From Bythopirellula sp. (GTDB lineage: Bacteria; Planctomycetota; Planctomycetia; Pirellulales; Lacipirellulaceae): a stretch of DNA of 64,000 bases. Below the pieces are notes generated by a model. That model saw nothing but the letters and a program-made list of their open reading frames with translations, had not been told where the DNA came from and made no database searches. Position numbers and translations under genes: made by a program. Shown piece after piece: positions 59,100 to 64,000 of this stretch. The stretch is from contig OZ244170.1 in assembly GCA_965216565.1 (NCBI GenBank), forward strand, positions 2,176,001-2,240,000, in the 5' to 3' direction. Numbering within the stretch: the first letter of the stretch is position 1; each line of letters begins with the position of its first letter.

Positions 59100-59312
59100 G
59101 TGGACATCAAGAACATTCACGAAGCAATTAAATCCGGGAAATGGGACTTTGAGCCCGAGCAGGTATCCGATTCCACTTTCGACTCTACACCCGCCATGCC
59201 TGGGACGGACGAAAAACTGGAAGTCTTGGCCGCTCGTGCAAAAGCGGGACTACCACTCTGGAATACCAACGACCGCACGGAGTATGATGAACGCGACGTT
59301 GAAATTCAGTGA
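59100..59312 (+). CDS. Small hypothetical protein
   Basis: GTG start after GAGGG; T.A.PGT.EKLEVLA.RA..GLPLW pattern. Confidence 0.65.
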   Translation: MDIKNIHEAIKSGKWDFEPEQVSDSTFDSTPAMPGTDEKLEVLAARAKAGLPLWNTNDRTEYDERDVEIQ

Positions 59313-59422
59313 ATGGGAAATCCAGTGAATGGTGCGTCTCATTTGTCACTAAACATATTATCTGTTTCTAAAACAGTCTTTTAAACGCTTGGTGCGACTG
59401 GCACCAGAAAGGGAGTTCTGGC

Positions 59423-59725
59423 GTGCCTAAGTTCAGCTTCTCTATTCCACACACTCTTTCCGCCGAAGATGCCAAGGGCCGTCTCGATAAGTTTATCGAA
59501 GCCCTGGAGGCTAAGGCCGATGGCAGTGTTGCCGATTTAGAACGAAAATGGGTCGATAACGCCCTTGTGTTCGGCTTTAAAACTTATGGCATTAAGATCG
59601 GCGGTCGGATGACGGTCGAAGAAGACAAGGTTGCCATCGACGGCGATCTGCCAATTTCGGCGATGATGTTCAAAGGCAAGATCGAATCGGAAATCAAAAA
59701 GCAGCTCGACCGACTCTTAAAGTAG
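59423..59725 (+). CDS. Polyhydroxyalkanoic acid system family (PHA_gran_rgn-like) protein
   Basis: IPHTL...DAK.RL...W...FKGKIESEI pattern; SD AGGGAG. Confidence 0.75.
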   Translation: MPKFSFSIPHTLSAEDAKGRLDKFIEALEAKADGSVADLERKWVDNALVFGFKTYGIKIGGRMTVEEDKVAIDGDLPISAMMFKGKIESEIKKQLDRLLK

Positions 59726-59741
59726 TCCCCCTCAGGCTAAG

Positions 59742-60686
59742 CTACGGAACGCCCTGGATCGAAATACTCTTCGAATCCCTGGTGAACGTCATCCCGGCAG
59801 GTTTCAGAATGGCCGCCAAAAGTCGGTCGACTTCTACCTGAGATACCTCACAAGAAACAAGCGTTTCTTTCGATCGATTGTGCTTGGCCAGGGAAGCCTC
59901 ATCCCACACAACTTCCAGTTTGAGTTGTGCCGCCAACTGTTGGACGACTCCACCTACAGGTTGATTCTTCAACTCCAAACTAAACAAGTTCTTAGTTGCT
60001 CGATTGCTGCTTGCTCGCTGCTGCGGGGGTTCGGATACGGCAAGTCTATCTGTGTGGTCCGGCAACGGAAACTTGATCGGCACAATTCGGCAGTTCCGGC
60101 CATCGTTGGCTAGTTCGCAAGTCAAATCGAAGCCGGCTAGGATCAGGACTACTTGATCTGCAAGAGACATCGGCGCGAGAGTCCGCTCGGGCCACAGGTC
60201 GAGTGGCACTAGTTCCAAATCGCTGATCTCGATGCCGTTAGTCCCCAGGAGCTTTTCTAACAACTGCCGCGGCTGAGTTAGTCGGGGCCAACGAATCGGG
60301 TGCTCCTCCTGCCATTTCTTGCTTAAGCTTGGAGCCGACTTGGCAGCTGCCTGACGAGCACGGAGGAGTAACGCCGCCAATCCCCTGGCGGTTTTTGGCG
60401 GCCCCACATAAACCAGTTTCCCAATTCTAAGCACTCCCAACCGGTGCCGCTCGGCCAGGGATTCAATCGCCTCTGTAGCTAGAACATCATTAAAACTTGC
60501 ATTCACCGGTTGCGAAGGGTCAACACGACGGTCGAGCCAAAGCTCAAGCGAAGATGCCTTGGTTAGCCGCTCAAGCACCGTCCCCAACTGCTGTTGTTGC
60601 CAGGTACCCGAGATCCGTTGGGCGCGGCATTGCGTTCCAATCAGAAACAACATCGTCACAGTGACCCACGCAATTCTGCGGCGCAT
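59742..60686 (-). CDS. Exported protein with STN/secretin-N-like domains
   Basis: Signal peptide, WLDRRVDP..V, L..ILKPAGM.F pattern; start inferred. Confidence 0.6.
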   Translation of the reverse strand: MRRRIAWVTVTMLFLIGTQCRAQRISGTWQQQQLGTVLERLTKASSLELWLDRRVDPSQPVNASFNDVLATEAIESLAERHRLGVLRIGKLVYVGPPKTARGLAALLLRARQAAAKSAPSLSKKWQEEHPIRWPRLTQPRQLLEKLLGTNGIEISDLELVPLDLWPERTLAPMSLADQVVLILAGFDLTCELANDGRNCRIVPIKFPLPDHTDRLAVSEPPQQRASSNRATKNLFSLELKNQPVGGVVQQLAAQLKLEVVWDEASLAKHNRSKETLVSCEVSQVEVDRLLAAILKPAGMTFTRDSKSISIQGVP

Positions 60687-61027
60687 CAACCTTGCTCGAT
60701 GCTTGAAGCTCTTCGGAGGTTGTTGTCGGTCGCACATCGCAGCTAAGAACTGAAAGTTTGTCAAGCAAAAAAACGACCATTTGAAACCGGCTGTTTTAGG
60801 CACTGTTAACATTTTCGTTGTGATTTCTGGAATTGCAATTACACTCGAAGTAGGTGCGGAACATTCGTTCTAAAGCCTAACCGGGGAGGTTACTTTCCGA
60901 GTTACTCCTGCAGGGTGATGGACGTCACAGTGGCTGTCGGTTATCCCACGGTTATCTCTTCAAAAAAATCAATCGATACTGACTGCCGAATTCGCGGCCA
61001 GCGTTTCCGAACGCAGTCAAAGGTGGA

Positions 61028-61702
61028 ATGCAGCGTATGAGTGGCGATCACCGATACCGGCCTCTATTGGTCTACGATTACGAGCGATTTCTCATCGATC
61101 AGGATGCGGAACGATATCTGCAATGTATCTCAGATCGTTACAACATGGGTAGCCTAGAACGCGTGGCCACCAATCCAGACCGTGTGGCACGCCGTGGAGC
61201 CATTCTGGCACTAGGCCATTTGGCAGACTACCAAGCCAATAGCGTTATGGGTCGCGCTCTGGTCGATTCCGATCGCGGGGTTCGAACTCTAGCCGAAACG
61301 GGGATTCGCCGCATTTGGATGCGAATCGGCACGCCCACCCAGCAACGCCACCTGCTTGCAATCGAGCAACAATTAAGCGACGGAGAGAACGGCCGCGCCG
61401 CACAGCTCTCGACCGCCATCGTCGACGATGCCCCTTGGATTGCCCAAGGTTGGTATTACCGCGGTTTGGCATTCTATCAACTCGATCAACCCGATGCCGC
61501 TACACGCGATTGCCATCAGGCTTTGGAAATCAATCCTTATCATTTCCTCGCTGCGGCGACCATGGGGCGAGCCTACTTAAAAGCGAACGACCAGGTTTCG
61601 GCACTCGAATCCTTCCGCAGAACTCTGCGACTCAACCCCAGCATGGAAGACGTCCGTGCTCAGGTCATTCAGTTGCAGCGCTCTCTCAAAGACAAGCACT
61701 AG
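61028..61702 (+). CDS. HEAT + TPR repeat protein
   Basis: RRGAILALG, D.DRGVR..A, WYYRG.A, ALEINPYHF.A, LRLNP. Confidence 0.82.
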   Translation: MQRMSGDHRYRPLLVYDYERFLIDQDAERYLQCISDRYNMGSLERVATNPDRVARRGAILALGHLADYQANSVMGRALVDSDRGVRTLAETGIRRIWMRIGTPTQQRHLLAIEQQLSDGENGRAAQLSTAIVDDAPWIAQGWYYRGLAFYQLDQPDAATRDCHQALEINPYHFLAAATMGRAYLKANDQVSALESFRRTLRLNPSMEDVRAQVIQLQRSLKDKH

Positions 61703-61713
61703 GATAGCGCCTC

Positions 61714-62154
61714 TCACGCGGGAATCCCCACCGCAGCCGGTTCTCCCGACCTCCAGACACGACCGGTCTGAAAATCAGTGGCCAACCAAAACTCCTGGTC
61801 ACGTGTCGTCTGCAACATCGCTAACAGAATCCCCTTCACATCGTAGAGTTCCCAGATCGTACACGTGGGAAACAGTGAACCGGTTTCTTTTAACTCGATC
61901 CGGACAGCCAATCGACTGCAGGCTGCCAGTTGCCTGACTTCAGCGATACGCCGAGTGCAACTGGCTGCGATAACACGCCAACTGCCAATCCGCACATGGC
62001 GAATCTCTCCCTGAGCATCGCGAAACATCTCCACATCGCGACGGGGCGCCAATTTCTTGACGGGCGGACGAACTTCCTCCCGCTGCGTATATAGCTGCAC
62101 GCGCTTGCTATGGGTAATACCTAACCAACGTCCGAGCTTCGCTAAGACTTCCAT
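61714..62154 (-). CDS. Hypothetical protein
   Basis: ATG preceded by GGGGAGG SD. Confidence 0.6.
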   Translation of the reverse strand: MEVLAKLGRWLGITHSKRVQLYTQREEVRPPVKKLAPRRDVEMFRDAQGEIRHVRIGSWRVIAASCTRRIAEVRQLAACSRLAVRIELKETGSLFPTCTIWELYDVKGILLAMLQTTRDQEFWLATDFQTGRVWRSGEPAAVGIPA

Positions 62155-62404
62155 GACAACCTCCCCTGAATTAAAAAAGAATGTAGTAGAAAAGAAGCGA
62201 AGCAAGAGCGAACCCGTGCCTGCCTACAGAGTGAAGCGCAGCGACTTGTGGCTTGTTACAGAAACTTTCTTAGGGTCCGGATATTCCGGTTATAAGCCCC
62301 TGAACTGCTTACAGGCCTACTTGTCATGGGCATCAGCGGGATCTGCCTTCCAATGCCATCGCTGGCTGTGCGAGCCGCGAGTTGTTAGATTCACTGCTCA
62401 GCAC

Positions 62405-62455
62405 CACCTGAAGCTCTTCATTACCCGAAGCTCTTGATCACCTGAAGCTCTTGGC
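62405..62455. repeat. 3 x 17-bp tandem repeat (CACCTGAAGCTCTTNAT)
   Basis: Units at 62405-62421, 62422-62438 and 62439-62455. Confidence 0.85.
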
Positions 62456-62478
62456 CAAATCTCAAGGAGTTGTTTCCG

Positions 62479-63267
62479 ATGAAATTGTCTCTACTCATTG
62501 CGATCCTCGTCCTGGCTAGTGTTCGCAACCAATCGTGGTCGGCGGAGTCCGCAGAATACTTCGAGACGACTATTACGAAAAAGGTTGCAGCAAACTATCT
62601 GCTAGTGAAACCCGAGGACTACAATCCGGCTGAGAAATACCCACTGCTAATCTTCCTGCATGGTCGGGGAGAGCAGGGCGACGACTTGGAGCGCGTGAAG
62701 ATCCACGGCCCTTTTAAGAAAATTGCTGAATTGAATTTGCCAATACTGGTGGTTGCCCCGCAATCGCCACTCGACGAATGGTGGGACGTCGACGTGCTCG
62801 ATGCACTCACGGAAGAACTGATCGACGACTTGAATGTCGACGACGACCGAGTGTATCTCACCGGACTAAGCATGGGCGGCTCGGCGACCTGGGAACTTGC
62901 TCTGAGGCGACCCAACCGTTTTGCCGCGATCGCTCCCATCTGTGGCCGAACGGCCCCAAGCAAAGCGGCTCGGCTCAAGAATTTGCCGATCTGGGCATTT
63001 CACGGTGCCCGGGATGGCGTGATCCCGGCTCGCGAAACTGTGAATATGATCAACGCCCTTCAAGCCGCAGACATCGATGCTCGCATGACGATTTATCCCG
63101 AGGTGGGTCACAACTCCTGGACGGCAACCTACAACGACCCCAAATTGTATGAATGGCTGTTGCGTCAAGAGCGTGGGAGCGATGGCGACTGGCCCTCTGA
63201 TCGTCGCGGCAATCGCCGCGGCAACGATGACGGCGATTGGCCCTCCGATAGACGGAAAGATCGATAG
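62479..63267 (+). CDS. Secreted alpha/beta-hydrolase (esterase/peptidase)
   Basis: Signal peptide, FLHG.GE.G, APQ, GLSMGG, FHGARD, H.SW. Confidence 0.88.
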   Translation: MKLSLLIAILVLASVRNQSWSAESAEYFETTITKKVAANYLLVKPEDYNPAEKYPLLIFLHGRGEQGDDLERVKIHGPFKKIAELNLPILVVAPQSPLDEWWDVDVLDALTEELIDDLNVDDDRVYLTGLSMGGSATWELALRRPNRFAAIAPICGRTAPSKAARLKNLPIWAFHGARDGVIPARETVNMINALQAADIDARMTIYPEVGHNSWTATYNDPKLYEWLLRQERGSDGDWPSDRRGNRRGNDDGDWPSDRRKDR

Positions 63268-63330
63268 CGATTTGTAGCAATACACAGAGCGGCAGATTAT
63301 CATGGTGGCACCTTCCCAAAGAGACCCGCT

Positions 63331-64000
63331 ATGAAGAATCGTCGCATCAACGTACTAGGAGTCGGCATTAGCGCGCTGACGCTCGACTCCGCTACCGAGG
63401 CCGCACTCGAAGCGCTTGCAAACCGTCGTCAGGGTTACGTGACCGTAACCGGTGTGCACGGAGTGAGTGAGTGCCAGCGCGATCCCGAATTGCTGCGCAT
63501 CCATAATGAGTCTCTGCTTTCCACACCTGATGGCGTTCCCCTAACATGGATGGGCCGACTTCAGGGAAAAAGTTCTGCCGAAATGCAGCGCGTGTATGGC
63601 CCCGACTTAATGTTACGACTGTTTGAGCGTGGCCAGCAGGAAGGTTTGCGTCATTATTTATTCGGGGGAGGCGAGGGAGTCGCCCCGTTGCTAGCCGAAA
63701 AACTGCAAAACCGGTTTCCCCAAGCAGAAATCGTTGGCATCCACACACCGCCCTTTCGACCTCTCGACGATCGCGAGCAGCAGCAATTGGTCGAGGAGTT
63801 GAATGCAGCCCAGCCGCATTGTTTTTGGGTCGGGCTGAGCACGCCTAAGCAAGAACGTTTTATGGCGCAATTCTTACAGCGTCATGCCGAATCGTTACCG
63901 GCACCGCTGTTAATGCTCGGAGTCGGAGCAGCCTTCGATTTCCACGCCGGCCTCGTCCGCCAGGCACCTCCTTGGATGCAACAATCGGGCCTGGAATGGT
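63331..64000 (+). CDS. WecG/TagA/CpsF-family glycosyltransferase, 3'-partial (absent from the ORF track)
   Basis: Manual translation: MKNRRINVLGV...TPDGVPL...RVYGPDLM...PPFRPL...WVGLSTPKQE...GVGAAFDF.AG...APPWMQQSGLEW. Confidence 0.92.
   Translation, partial: MKNRRINVLGVGISALTLDSATEAALEALANRRQGYVTVTGVHGVSECQRDPELLRIHNESLLSTPDGVPLTWMGRLQGKSSAEMQRVYGPDLMLRLFERGQQEGLRHYLFGGGEGVAPLLAEKLQNRFPQAEIVGIHTPPFRPLDDREQQQLVEELNAAQPHCFWVGLSTPKQERFMAQFLQRHAESLPAPLLMLGVGAAFDFHAGLVRQAPPWMQQSGLEW

Noticed and set aside
1..64000. tRNA, rRNA, integrase, transposase, prophage or defence genes
   Set aside because: None recognised by eye; a tRNAscan/Infernal run would be needed to exclude RNA genes formally.

Overview
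Bacterial chromosomal window, most likely from a planctomycete. That is an inference from the LExR-type N-terminal motif, the dockerin-like/PEP-CTERM protein, the CsrA-REC fusion, the OmcB-like DUF11 protein and mfnB. Contents: (1) 1-6.3 kb, a signalling locus with a CheR-PAS-HisKA-HATPase-REC hybrid kinase, an 80-aa orphan, a CsrA-(H-box helix)-REC fusion and a second, probably sigma54-driven csrA. (2) A PEP-CTERM trypsin-like protease and rsgA. (3) 8.9-37.1 kb, a divergent 22-gene Wzx/Wzy polysaccharide cluster: export genes, a WbpA/B/E/D-type diamino-uronate pathway, an ACP/GNAT/FabH acylation module, a DMFase-family protein, glycosyltransferases, a TylF methyltransferase, an aldo/keto reductase and a split transketolase. 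(4) A repeat-rich S8 protease, a frameshifted Ser/Thr kinase, a REP-rich intergenic zone, and housekeeping or other genes (leuCD, bioB, rnd, mfnB and others). Most notable observations: 11 of the 22 cluster proteins end in -Ala-Ala, a ClpX-degron-like terminus, against none of about 20 downstream proteins. A 99-bp palindromic element sits inside a twelfth gene, and removing it restores an in-frame ...SNAA* tail. The Csr locus looks like a self-contained phosphorelay-to-RNA-binding circuit, with a His-less decoy paralog, canonical CsrA sites in its leader and a candidate GGA-loop sRNA at its 3' end. All functional calls come from motif recognition by eye; no database searches were run.
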